Origin: an uncultured delta proteobacterium
GTDB lineage: Bacteria > Myxococcota_A > Polyangia > Polyangiales > Polyangiaceae
Length of the DNA stretch: 64,000 nt
Direction: 5' to 3'
Assembly: GCA_963782055.1 (NCBI GenBank)
Contig: CAWAIF010000003.1
Span: 4,608,001 to 4,672,000 of the forward strand
Shown here: positions 28,959 through 38,208 of the stretch, in pieces
How the letters are laid out: each line of letters starts with the position of its first letter
Position numbering within the stretch: position 1 is the first letter of the stretch
Program-made: the position numbers and the translations under genes
The notes under the pieces: model-generated
What the model saw: the letters and a program-made list of their open reading frames with translations, nothing else
The model's database searches: none
Told to the model about the DNA's origin: nothing

Positions 28959-29831
28959 ATGAACTCATTTCGCGACGGCGTGGTTACCATGATCGGTGTC
29001 GGGGCGTGCGCATGGCTCGTCGGGTGTGGTGGGTCGCACGCGGACTGCATCGGCGCCAACAGCTGGACGTGCGACGGCGGGGCGGCGGCGCCCAGCGCCG
29101 ACGCGGCGCCCCCCGACGCGATGCCCGACGTCGCCACCGACGGCCCGCAGTTCCCCGACGCCTCGGCGCCCGACGGCGACCAGTGCCACAAGCTCAACAT
29201 CGGGATCCTCGGCACCCTCGGCAACACCACCTCGTCCAACTTCCAGCAGTGGCTGGAGAGCGCGGGGACGTCGGTGACCCAGCTCCAGACGAACCCCTCC
29301 GACCCGGCGATCGACGCGAACACGCTCGCGCCGTTCGACGTCGTGATCCTCTCCAAGCTGCCGCGCGCCTACACGCCCGCGGAGGCGAAGGCGCTGAAGG
29401 ACCGGGTCGCGGCCGGCGGCGGCCTGATCTCGCTGAGCGGGTTTTTGACCGACTGGTACTCGCCCGCGTACACCAACGACCTGCTCGCCCCGTTCTCGCT
29501 TGCGTACAGTGGATACCTCTTCGACGGGCCCATCACCACCTTCGCCGTGCACCCGATGACGGCAGGGCTGACGTCCGTGTCGTTCGTGGGCGGGTACACG
29601 ATCTCCGATCTCGGCGCGGGCGGCAGCACGCGGACGGCGGTCGCCTTTCAGCCGAACACATCCAACGCGGTGGGCTATGCAGTGCAGCTCGGCCTCGGGC
29701 GCGGCTTCGTCTGGGGCGACGAGTGGATCGAGTACGACTCGGAGTGGTCCAACAGCCTGCAGATCAAGGAGCTCTGGGTGGACGTGTTCAACTGGGTGGC
29801 CCCGGACGGCTGCGCGCTCGAGCCGAAGTGA
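28959..29831 (+). CDS. Secreted lipoprotein with DUF4350/class I GATase-like alpha/beta domain
   Basis: Lipobox LVGC, DA-rich linker, LAPFDVVIL..RVAAGGGLISL..HPMTAG..GRGFVWGDEW. Confidence 0.7.
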   Translation: MNSFRDGVVTMIGVGACAWLVGCGGSHADCIGANSWTCDGGAAAPSADAAPPDAMPDVATDGPQFPDASAPDGDQCHKLNIGILGTLGNTTSSNFQQWLESAGTSVTQLQTNPSDPAIDANTLAPFDVVILSKLPRAYTPAEAKALKDRVAAGGGLISLSGFLTDWYSPAYTNDLLAPFSLAYSGYLFDGPITTFAVHPMTAGLTSVSFVGGYTISDLGAGGSTRTAVAFQPNTSNAVGYAVQLGLGRGFVWGDEWIEYDSEWSNSLQIKELWVDVFNWVAPDGCALEPK

Positions 29832-29973
29832 CCTGCGCCGCCTGCGGCGACGGCGGGGAAAGGGGCCCGATTGGGGTCGTCGATGTAGTCGAGGCCGACG
29901 GTGTCCCCCGACGCCGCGAGGCCGTAGCCCACGTGCGCGTCGGACGGAGCGCCGCTGTGCTATACGCGGGCGC

Positions 29974-30978
29974 GTGAGCCGCTACCTCGTCACCGGTGCC
30001 ACCGGCTTCCTCGGCAAGTACCTCGTCGCCGCGCTGCGCGAGCACGGCCACGAGGTCGTCGCCCTCGCGCGGAACGCGTCGGCCCTCCCGGAGGGGGTGA
30101 CCTTCCGCCAGGGCGACGTGCTCGACGCCGCGTCGGTCCGCGCCGCGGCCGCGGGGTGCGAGGGCGCCTTCCACTGCGCCGGCAAGGTGTCGCGCAGGAC
30201 GGAGGACGCCGAGGAGCTGCAGCGCCTCCACGTCGAGGGGACGAAGACGACGCTGGCGGCGTGCAAGGAGGCGGGCGTCGGGCGCGTCGTCGTCGCGTCC
30301 ACCAGCGGCACCGTCGCCGTCACGGACGACCCGGATCACGTCGCCTCCGAGGGCGACGAGACGCCCATCGGCATCATCCAGCGCTTCCCCTACTACCGCG
30401 CCAAGCTCTTCGCCGAGCGCGCCGCCCTGGCGATGAACGCCCCCGGCTTCGAGGTCATCGCCGTCAACCCGACGCTCCTGCTCGGCCCCGGCGACGACCG
30501 CGGCTCCTCCACCGAGGACGTGCGCCTCTTCCTCGAGCGCAAGATCCCCTTCGTCCCGCCGGGCGGCATGTCCTACGTGGACGCGCGCGACGCGGCGGAG
30601 GCGATGCGCCTGGCGATGGAGAAGGGCACGCCGGGCCAGCGCTACCTCGTCGGCGCCTGCAACCTGACGCTCCGCGAGTTCTTCGCGCGCCTCGCGCGGG
30701 TCAGCGGCGTCCCCTCCCCCACCCTGCCGGTGCCCCGCGCGCCGGGGATCGCACGCGCCGGCGCCACCCTCCTGGACCGCGCCATGAGCAAGGTGGGGCT
30801 GAAGCTCCCGGTCGACCCGGTCAGCGTGGAGATGGCGCAGTACTTCTGGTACCTCGACCCGACCCGCGCCGAGGAAGAGCTCGGCTGGCGCGCGCGCGAT
30901 CCGATGACCACCCTGCGCGAGACGGTGCAGGACCTGCGCGCGCGCGGCGTCGTCTGGCCCGAGACCGAGACGGCATGA
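29974..30978 (+). CDS. NAD-dependent epimerase/dehydratase (extended SDR)
   Basis: LVTGATGFLG, FHCAG, YYRAK, VNPTLLLGPGD, YVDARD. Confidence 0.9.
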   Translation: MSRYLVTGATGFLGKYLVAALREHGHEVVALARNASALPEGVTFRQGDVLDAASVRAAAAGCEGAFHCAGKVSRRTEDAEELQRLHVEGTKTTLAACKEAGVGRVVVASTSGTVAVTDDPDHVASEGDETPIGIIQRFPYYRAKLFAERAALAMNAPGFEVIAVNPTLLLGPGDDRGSSTEDVRLFLERKIPFVPPGGMSYVDARDAAEAMRLAMEKGTPGQRYLVGACNLTLREFFARLARVSGVPSPTLPVPRAPGIARAGATLLDRAMSKVGLKLPVDPVSVEMAQYFWYLDPTRAEEELGWRARDPMTTLRETVQDLRARGVVWPETETA

Positions 30979-31928
30979 AGCCGCTGCTCGTCGTCAACCC
31001 GATGTCCGGCGGCGGCAAGACGCGGCGCGCCTTCCCCGCGATGCGCGCGGTGGTGGAGCGCCGGCTCGGCCCGGTGGACGTGGAAGAGACGCGACACGCC
31101 GGCCACGCCTCGCCCATCGCCTTCGACGCGGCGAAGGCGGGGCGCGAGCTCATCGTCGCGGTCGGCGGGGACGGCACCTTCTCCGAGATCACCGACGGCG
31201 TCATGCGCGCCGGCACGCACACGCGCGTGGGGATCATCGGCCAGGGCACGGGCGGCGACTTCCGCAAGACGCTGGGCATCGAGCACCGGCTGGACGCCTA
31301 CCTCGACGCGCTCGCCTCCGGCAAGGACCGCGCGGTGGACGTGGGCCTGGCCCGCTTCACCGGCCACGACGGCGAGCCGCGCGAGCGCCACTTCGTCAAC
31401 ATCCTCTCCGCCGGCATGGGTGGCCTCGTCGACGACTACGTCGCCCGCGGCTCCCGCCTCTTCGGCGGCAAGGCGGCGTACTTCGTCGCCTCCGCCAAGG
31501 CGCTCGTCAGGAGCAGGCCCGGCACCCTGCGCTGCGAGATCACGTCGAAGGCGGAGACGCGCGCGGAGACCTTCGAGTCGTACATGATCGCCGTCTGCAA
31601 CGGCCGGTACTTCGGCTCGGGCATGCACGTCGCGCCCATGGCGAAGATCGACGACGGCGTCTTGGAGGTGGTGTCGCTCGACGCGCCGAACAAGCTCGCC
31701 TTCGCGGTGAGCTCCAACAAGATCTACGAGGGCAAGCACCTCCAGAACGAGACGACGCGCCACTTCTCCTGCCAGAAGATCGCCATCGACCTGGAGAACG
31801 AGGCCGCGCGCGCCACCTTCCTGCTCGACGTGGACGGCGAGCCGCTGGGGCGCCTGCCGCTCTCCATCGAGGTCCTCCCTGGCGCCCTGACGGTCGCCGC
31901 CCCTAGCCCAGCTGCGAGCAAGGGCTGA
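30975..31928 (+). CDS. Diacylglycerol/sphingosine kinase family lipid kinase
   Basis: VVNPMSGGG, AVGGDGT, GTGGDF, NGRYFGSG, DVDGE; ATGA overlap with the SDR gene. Confidence 0.92.
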   Translation: MKPLLVVNPMSGGGKTRRAFPAMRAVVERRLGPVDVEETRHAGHASPIAFDAAKAGRELIVAVGGDGTFSEITDGVMRAGTHTRVGIIGQGTGGDFRKTLGIEHRLDAYLDALASGKDRAVDVGLARFTGHDGEPRERHFVNILSAGMGGLVDDYVARGSRLFGGKAAYFVASAKALVRSRPGTLRCEITSKAETRAETFESYMIAVCNGRYFGSGMHVAPMAKIDDGVLEVVSLDAPNKLAFAVSSNKIYEGKHLQNETTRHFSCQKIAIDLENEAARATFLLDVDGEPLGRLPLSIEVLPGALTVAAPSPAASKG

Positions 31929-31936
31929 GCCACACC

Positions 31937-31952
31937 TGGCCCGCCCCTTGCA
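31937..31952 (+). promoter_or_regulatory. Putative sigma54 promoter
   Basis: TGGCCCGCCCCTTGCA (GG-N10-GC, TTGCA) upstream of ATG 32000. Confidence 0.6.
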
Positions 31953-31999
31953 GTCCTGTCTTTCGCCGTCTCCTCACGCGGCGCGAAAGGCAGCTCATC

Positions 32000-32290
32000 A
32001 TGTCGCTCGGAAGCTTCGTTGTTCTCCTCGTGGTCGCCGCCGCGATCGGCGGCATCGGCCAGATGATCGCCGGCTACACCCGCCTCGGCTGTCTCGGCTC
32101 GATCGTCGTGGGCTTCGTCGGTGGAATGCTCGGCGTCTGGATGCAGCGGATGACCGGCGTGCACGATCTCTTCACGCTGACCATCGGCGGCCAGAGCTTC
32201 CCCATCGCCTGGGCCATCGCCGGATCCGCCCTCTTCGTCGGGATCCTCGGCCTGCTCCAGCGCGGGGGCCGGCGCCTTCGCCACGCGTGA
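32000..32290 (+). CDS. GlsB/YeaQ/YmgE-like small stress membrane protein
   Basis: Three TM helices, GCLGSIVVGFVGGMLG, WAIAGSALFV. Confidence 0.82.
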   Translation: MSLGSFVVLLVVAAAIGGIGQMIAGYTRLGCLGSIVVGFVGGMLGVWMQRMTGVHDLFTLTIGGQSFPIAWAIAGSALFVGILGLLQRGGRRLRHA

Positions 32291-32334
32291 AGTTGCGTGA
32301 ACCCGTCGCGCAAGGAGCCTATCCTCTCTCCACC

Positions 32335-33351
32335 ATGGTGCACCCCTCTGGCGCGTTCGATGCGGGCCTTGCGCTGGCGGCCAGCCGCCTCGTGGAGGGA
32401 TCCATGGGCGTCGTCCCGGGCGAGCGCGTCGTGCTCGTCCACGACGAGGCGCACCGCGAGATGGCCGAGCTGGTGACCGAGGCGATCCGCTCCATCCGCG
32501 GGGAGGTCGTTGCGTTCTGCCTCGAACGGCTCGGCGCCCGGCCGCACCAGCGCCTGCACCCGCACATCGCCGAGGCGATGCTCGACTCCCTCGCCAGCCT
32601 GATGCTCGTCGACTTCCACGCCGGTGAGCTCGGCATGCGCACCGAGCTGATCGACCTCGCCGCGCGCTACAAGCTGCGCCACGGCCACATGGTGGGCGTC
32701 ACGCGCGAGTCGATGGTCGCGGGGTTCTCGGCGGACCCGCACGTCATCGCCGAGAAGATGCGCGCGCTCGTCGCGCGCCTGCGACCGGACTCGCGCATCT
32801 CGGTCAAGAGCGAGGCCGGCACCAACCTCACCGCGCAGCTCGCGCCGACGGCGCGCTGGGTCGAGTACGGCACGGTCGTCACGCCCGGACGCCGCGTGAA
32901 CCTCCCGGGCGGCGAGCTGGTCACCAGCCCCGCGTCGGTGGACGGCGTCTACGTCGCCGACGGCACCCTCGGCGACGCCGACGGCGCGCTCCGCCGCCGC
33001 GTCGGGGACGCGCCCGTCTCCCTGCGGCTCAAGGCGTCGCGCGTGGAGTCGGTGGAGTGCCCGCGCGATCCCATCCTGGAGCGTTCCATCTCGGAGCGGC
33101 TGATGCGCACCGCCAACCTGGACCGCGTCGGTCTGCTCAATTTCGGGCTGAACGTGGGGCTGGGCGCGCCGCTCGGGGACGTCTTCACCGATCAGAAGCT
33201 CCCCGGCGTGCACCTCTCCCTGGGCGAGACCTTCCCCGAGAAGACCGGCGCCGAGTGGACCTCGCGGAGCTGGATCGCGCTCACCACCGCGCGCTGCGAC
33301 GCCGACATCGATCGCCTCCCCATCCTGCGCAGCGGCCGCTATCTGGTCTGA
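32335..33351 (+). CDS. M29/aminopeptidase T-like protein
   Basis: PGERVVLVHD, GTNL, NLPGGEL, VDGVYVADG, GVHLSLG. Confidence 0.8.
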   Translation: MVHPSGAFDAGLALAASRLVEGSMGVVPGERVVLVHDEAHREMAELVTEAIRSIRGEVVAFCLERLGARPHQRLHPHIAEAMLDSLASLMLVDFHAGELGMRTELIDLAARYKLRHGHMVGVTRESMVAGFSADPHVIAEKMRALVARLRPDSRISVKSEAGTNLTAQLAPTARWVEYGTVVTPGRRVNLPGGELVTSPASVDGVYVADGTLGDADGALRRRVGDAPVSLRLKASRVESVECPRDPILERSISERLMRTANLDRVGLLNFGLNVGLGAPLGDVFTDQKLPGVHLSLGETFPEKTGAEWTSRSWIALTTARCDADIDRLPILRSGRYLV

Positions 33352-33381
33352 GGGGCGGCACGCGCCGCCCTCCCCGCCACC

Positions 33382-33825
33382 TCACAGGCCCTCCAGCACC
33401 TCCGCCAGCTCGGTCTGCGCGTCGGCCGGTAGGCGCTGCCCGAGAGAGCGGAGCAGCTCCGCCTCCCGGCGCGCGTGAACCGTGTATTCTGCATCGAATC
33501 GCCGGAAGAGGGAGACCGCCAGGTCCAGCTGCCTGGCGAGGTCCCCGCGCTCCTGCAGCGAGGCGATGCGGCTCGCCGCGCCGCAGATGCGGTCGTGCGC
33601 GGACTGCATCTCGGCGACGGCCGGCGTCTCGTCGGGGAGGTGCTCGAGCAGGAAGGGGAAGAGCCCCTCCTCCTCCCGCGCGAAGTGCTCGAACAGCTCG
33701 TCGGCCAGGACGGCGAGCGCCTCGACGAAGTCCTGGTCGATCTCCTTGCGCTCGACGCGACCGCGCAGCTCCGACACGCGTCGGCTGAGGGCGTCGTGCT
33801 CGTGCTCCAGCTTGGATAAGCCCAC
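33382..33825 (-). CDS. Hemerythrin-like domain protein
   Basis: EHEH, HFAREEEGLFP, AHDRI, HARRE motifs. Confidence 0.85.
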   Translation of the reverse strand: MGLSKLEHEHDALSRRVSELRGRVERKEIDQDFVEALAVLADELFEHFAREEEGLFPFLLEHLPDETPAVAEMQSAHDRICGAASRIASLQERGDLARQLDLAVSLFRRFDAEYTVHARREAELLRSLGQRLPADAQTELAEVLEGL

Positions 33826-33840
33826 GGGGTTGTCGTCCTC

Positions 33841-34368
33841 TCAGTGCGGCGCCAGCGAGTTTGGGATGATGGCCGCCATCTGCGCGCGGTTGATGGTGCC
33901 TCGCTCGTCCACCGAGTAGTCGTCCTGCTCGATCTTGAAGGTGCGCGTCCCGGTGACGTCGGCCTTGCCGATGAAGCGGTAGTTGATCTCGGGGTAGTTG
34001 AACGCCTCCTGCACGAGCTGGAAGGCGAGCGGCAGGGGCAGGGCGATGGGCACGCTCATCGACGTCGTCTTGCCGGCGGGCATCCACAGGCCGTCGGGCG
34101 GGGCCTGGAAGTTCAGGGCGAGGGGGTACCTGTCCGCCATGACGATCTGTCCGCGGACGGCCCGGACGGCGACATCGTAGGAGTTGGGGTTGTAGACGTC
34201 CACCACCACTGCCATCTGCACGCTGGGCGGGTAGCCGAGCTGCACGCCGGTGATCTCGGCGTGGTTCAGGTGCATGGTCGGCTTGCTGACGCACGCGAGG
34301 GTGGTGAGCGAGAGCAGGGCGAGGAAGAGCGCCGGCAGGAGGCGCGCGCGCGGGAGGAGGCGGAGCAC
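33841..34368 (-). CDS. LEA_2/WHy family lipoprotein
   Basis: Lipobox TLAC, VYNPNSYDV motif; GTG start 6 nt after TATACT. Confidence 0.82.
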   Translation of the reverse strand: MLRLLPRARLLPALFLALLSLTTLACVSKPTMHLNHAEITGVQLGYPPSVQMAVVVDVYNPNSYDVAVRAVRGQIVMADRYPLALNFQAPPDGLWMPAGKTTSMSVPIALPLPLAFQLVQEAFNYPEINYRFIGKADVTGTRTFKIEQDDYSVDERGTINRAQMAAIIPNSLAPH

Positions 34369-34518
34369 GACCGGAGTATAGTCGGCGGCGAGAGGCGGAG
34401 CACCTCGGCCGGAGCGCCGCCTGAAAAGCCGGGATCCCCGGCCTTGAGCGCCGGCGGGCGCGAGGGGGCGCGGGCGGTCGCGAGGGGACGCGAGTGGGTG
34501 CGCCGAGGATGACGGAAC

Positions 34519-36039
34519 GTGGCTTGCAGTCCGGATCCTGTGCGCTCCGCTCTCCTCTGCTTCGCGACGTGTCTCGTGGCCTGCTCGTCGGCGGATGGGC
34601 CGCTCCCCTCCGGGGGCGACGCCGGCGCCGACGGCGCGATGGTCGTGCCCGACGTGGACGCGGGCGGCATCACCGACGCCGCGGTCGACGCGGCGGCGGA
34701 CGCCTTCGTCCCCTGCACCACGGTCGTCTCGTATGGATCCGCGTGGATCCACGGGCCGAACCACCCGGCCTCGTACGACGTCGCGAAGGGCGCGGTGACC
34801 TGGGATGGCGCGTGCGTCGACGACGGCGCCAACTCCTACGCCATGCTCTCCAACGGATGGAAGCCGTACTTCCAGGGGCACGGCGCGTGCGTCATCGCGC
34901 TCGACCACGCGGGGAGCTGCGCCGCGGGCAAGACGTGCTCGACGCGCGTCTCCTACGGCAGCGCGTGGCTCGCAGCCCAGAACCACCCCGACACCTTCGA
35001 CGACGTGGCCGGGCGCGCCTTCTCCGACGGCCTCTGCCACACCGCCGGCGCCGACTCCTACGCCGACCTCTCCAACGGCTGGCAGCCGCACTTCGCCGGC
35101 CACGGCACGTGCGAGCTCTCCTTCGAGTACACGCAGTGCGGCGGGCTGTACGACAACCCGGTCATCCCCTTCGACTGCCCCGATCCCGGCGTGCTCGCCG
35201 ACGGAAAGCAGTACGTGCTCACCTGCACCTCCGGCAACGCGGCGGACGCCTTCCCCATCTTCACCTCCAAGGACCTGGTGCACTGGAGCGCGAAGGGTCA
35301 CGTCTTCCCGGCGGGGCAGCACCCCGCGTGGGCGAAGAGCGACTTCTGGGCGCCGGAGATCCACAAGGTGGGCTCGCACTACGTCGCCTACTTCTCGGCG
35401 CGCGATCAGGGCGGCGTGCTCAGCGTGGGCGCGGCGTCGGCGACCTCCCCGCTCGGCCCCTTCACCGACCTCGGCAAGCCGCTGCTCCACGATCCCCAGA
35501 TGGGCCTCATCGACGCGAGCGAGATCACCGCGAAGGGGACGCCTTACGTCCTGTGGAAGGAGGACGGCAACGCCGTCGGCAAGAAGACGCCCATCCACGC
35601 GCAGCAGCTCGCGCCCGACGGCCTCTCGGTCGTGGGCGGCGCCAGCACCCTCATCACCAACGATCAGGGCTGGGAGGGCTCGCTGGTCGAGGGCCCCTTC
35701 ATGGTCGCGCACGGCGGCAGCTACTACCTCTTCTACAGCGGCAACTTCTACGCGTCGGCGAGCTACGCCATCGGCGTCGCCCGCGCGAGCTCGCCGCTCG
35801 GCCCCTTCACCAAGGCGCCGGGGCCCATCCTCACCTCGCGCGGCGCGTGGGCGGGCCCGGGCCACTGCTCGGTCGTCGACACCCCGGCGGGCGACACCTA
35901 CGTCGTCTACCACGCGTGGGAGAGCAGCTCGGTGGGCGGCGCGCCCGGACGGCTGGTGCTCACCGACGCGATCGGCTGGAGCAACGGCTGGCCGTCGGTG
36001 CCGCTCGCGCCGTCGTCCACGACGCGACCCACGCCGTGA
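34519..36039 (+). CDS. Glycoside hydrolase family 43 lipoprotein with two N-terminal repeats
   Basis: NPVI..CPDP, SKDLVHW, FWAPEI, GPFTD, IDAS, VEGP, GPGHCS. Confidence 0.9.
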   Translation: MACSPDPVRSALLCFATCLVACSSADGPLPSGGDAGADGAMVVPDVDAGGITDAAVDAAADAFVPCTTVVSYGSAWIHGPNHPASYDVAKGAVTWDGACVDDGANSYAMLSNGWKPYFQGHGACVIALDHAGSCAAGKTCSTRVSYGSAWLAAQNHPDTFDDVAGRAFSDGLCHTAGADSYADLSNGWQPHFAGHGTCELSFEYTQCGGLYDNPVIPFDCPDPGVLADGKQYVLTCTSGNAADAFPIFTSKDLVHWSAKGHVFPAGQHPAWAKSDFWAPEIHKVGSHYVAYFSARDQGGVLSVGAASATSPLGPFTDLGKPLLHDPQMGLIDASEITAKGTPYVLWKEDGNAVGKKTPIHAQQLAPDGLSVVGGASTLITNDQGWEGSLVEGPFMVAHGGSYYLFYSGNFYASASYAIGVARASSPLGPFTKAPGPILTSRGAWAGPGHCSVVDTPAGDTYVVYHAWESSSVGGAPGRLVLTDAIGWSNGWPSVPLAPSSTTRPTP

Positions 36040-36046
36040 CGCGCGG

Positions 36047-37051
36047 TCACCCGCGGCGGAAGGTGAGCTTCACCCCGCCTTGACCGCCGAGCAAGAGCTC
36101 GGTGCCGGCGTCCTGCAGCTCGACGCGACGCACGCGCGCGCCCCTCTGGTAGGTGCCGTTGGTGGAGCCGGTGTCGAAGGCGAAGACCTTGTCCCCGTCG
36201 CGCAGGAGCAGCAGGTGCGCGCGCGAGACGACGTCGGAGAGCACGCGCCGCAGCCCGCCGTCGAAGCACTGGTCGGCGCGGCCGATGAGCACGCCGCGGT
36301 CCAGGTCGGCGTCGGTCACCTCCACCGACGCGCCGCGGCCCTCGCGCTCCACGGTGATGCGCGAGCGTCCTGGGCCGACGGCCACGCCGACGAGCTGGAT
36401 GCCGGTGACCGGCGGCAGCGACGCGACGGAGCTGGGGCTCCGGTAGGGGTGTCCCTCGTCCCTGCCGCCTCCCAGCGTCTTGCGCGGCGGCGCGGCCATC
36501 TCGTGCACCTCCACCCTCGCGTCGTCCACCGAGGGCTCCCCCTCCGTCACCAGCGCGCGCTCCACGATGGGCAGCGCCGCCAGCACGTAGCGCCCGAGGC
36601 GCAGGCGCAGCGGGCCGGTCGCCACCAGCGACCGACGCGGCACGTCGTCGCCCAGGAACATGGGGCACTTGCCGAAGAGGTCGAGCAGCCGCAGGGCCAC
36701 GTTGCCGTCCTCCAGCACGTACGAGGTCGCCAGGAGCTGCCGCAGGGAGATCTCCGGGTCGGAGCCGAGCACCGCGTCGCACGAGGTGTGGCGCCCGATG
36801 ACGGCGTAGCGGCCGGGCCGCGCCTCAAGGTCCAGGAAGCCCATCTCCGGCGGGAGCGCCCAGAAGAGGCGGTAGCCCGTCTCCACCGCGGGCGGGCGCA
36901 TCGTCGCGCCCTGCCGCGCCCACGCGTAGCCGCTCGCCAGCTCCTCGGCGTCGATGCGCGGCCCATCGGGCAGCGACGCGAAGATCGTCTGCGGATTGCG
37001 CGGCGGCGCCTCGGGGGAAGCCGGCGGCGGCTGCGTGGGGCGGTCGGTCAT
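36047..37051 (-). CDS. Protein with two FHA-like domains
   Basis: VIGRHTSCD..ISLRQ and LIGRADQC..VSRAH..DTGSTNGT. Confidence 0.8.
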   Translation of the reverse strand: MTDRPTQPPPASPEAPPRNPQTIFASLPDGPRIDAEELASGYAWARQGATMRPPAVETGYRLFWALPPEMGFLDLEARPGRYAVIGRHTSCDAVLGSDPEISLRQLLATSYVLEDGNVALRLLDLFGKCPMFLGDDVPRRSLVATGPLRLRLGRYVLAALPIVERALVTEGEPSVDDARVEVHEMAAPPRKTLGGGRDEGHPYRSPSSVASLPPVTGIQLVGVAVGPGRSRITVEREGRGASVEVTDADLDRGVLIGRADQCFDGGLRRVLSDVVSRAHLLLLRDGDKVFAFDTGSTNGTYQRGARVRRVELQDAGTELLLGGQGGVKLTFRRG

Positions 37052-38094
37052 TCCCTGCCGTGCGGACCCGTCGCCTCGTAGAGATCGCGCAGCACCGCCA
37101 TCCCCGGCGTCGTCCGCCCGCGCGCCACCTCCCACACCAGCTCGCGCACGCGCGCGTTGACCGGCGTGGCGACGCCCAGGGCGGCGCCGCGCGTGACGAT
37201 CTCCCCGTTCAGGAAGTCCACCGCGGGGGTGCGGCCGCGCTCGATGGCGGAGAGCATGCTGGAGCGCATGCGCCGGTAGCGGAAGCCGACGGCCATGAGC
37301 AGCGCGTGCTTGGCCACCAGCGTCGGCGAGCCGGCGGCGAGGGACTCCTCCTCGGTGAGGGCGACCCAGTCCAGGTCGATGGTGCCGCTCACCTTCTCCA
37401 GGGCGACGCCCAGCTTGCGTGCAACATGCACGCATTCTGTCATGATCTCCAGACCGAGGCGCCGGACGACGCGGTGCTGCAACAGCGCGCCCAGGCGGTC
37501 GCCCCCCAGGGTGCCGAGGGAGGAGATGGCGGCGTTGATCGCCAGCTTGCTCCACCGCTTGCCCGCGAGGTTCGTCGTGGTCTCCACCGGGCCGATCGCC
37601 TCCAGCGCGCGGCCCAGCTCGGCGAGGCGCGGGGAGAGCGTGCCGTCGTGTGCGCCGAGGGCGAAGCCCCCCTGCGCGGTGCGGTCGTAGAGGCCAGGCT
37701 CGGGCATGGCCGCGCCCCACGCCACGACCGCGCCGACGGTGCGCGCCTCCCCGGCGATGGCCGCCACGCGCGGCTCGCACAGGCCGTTCTGCAGGCACAC
37801 CATCAGGCCGTCGGGGGCCAGCGCCGGCAGCGCCATGCGCGCCGCGGTCTCCACCTGGGGCGGTTGCGTGCAGAGCAGCACGAACTCCACGGGCGTCTCG
37901 GGGAGCTGCTCCACCACCGGCACGCGCACCGACCGCGGCGCGCCGTCCCCGCGGAGCTGCAGGCCGCCCCGGCGCACCGCCTCGGCGATGGCGGCGTTGG
38001 TGGTGAAGGCGGTCACGTCCTGCCCGCTCTCGGCGAGCAGGGCGGAGGCGACGCCACCGATGCCGCCGCAGCCCATCACCAGAAACCGTCCCAT
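37048..38094 (-). CDS. Ketopantoate reductase (PanE/ApbA) family protein
   Basis: GCGGIGG, CLQNG, WSKLAIN, SSML..RGR..VDFLNG, TPVN. Confidence 0.88.
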   Translation of the reverse strand: MGRFLVMGCGGIGGVASALLAESGQDVTAFTTNAAIAEAVRRGGLQLRGDGAPRSVRVPVVEQLPETPVEFVLLCTQPPQVETAARMALPALAPDGLMVCLQNGLCEPRVAAIAGEARTVGAVVAWGAAMPEPGLYDRTAQGGFALGAHDGTLSPRLAELGRALEAIGPVETTTNLAGKRWSKLAINAAISSLGTLGGDRLGALLQHRVVRRLGLEIMTECVHVARKLGVALEKVSGTIDLDWVALTEEESLAAGSPTLVAKHALLMAVGFRYRRMRSSMLSAIERGRTPAVDFLNGEIVTRGAALGVATPVNARVRELVWEVARGRTTPGMAVLRDLYEATGPHGRE

Positions 38095-38208
38095 TCGCGT
38101 GCGTTACCCCATTTTTCGCCGCGCCACTACCTGCCCGGTTCTCCCTCCGCTCCGGACGACCCAAAGAGGCTTGACCCTCCGCGACGCGCCGTACAAGGTG
38201 CGCGCTGC

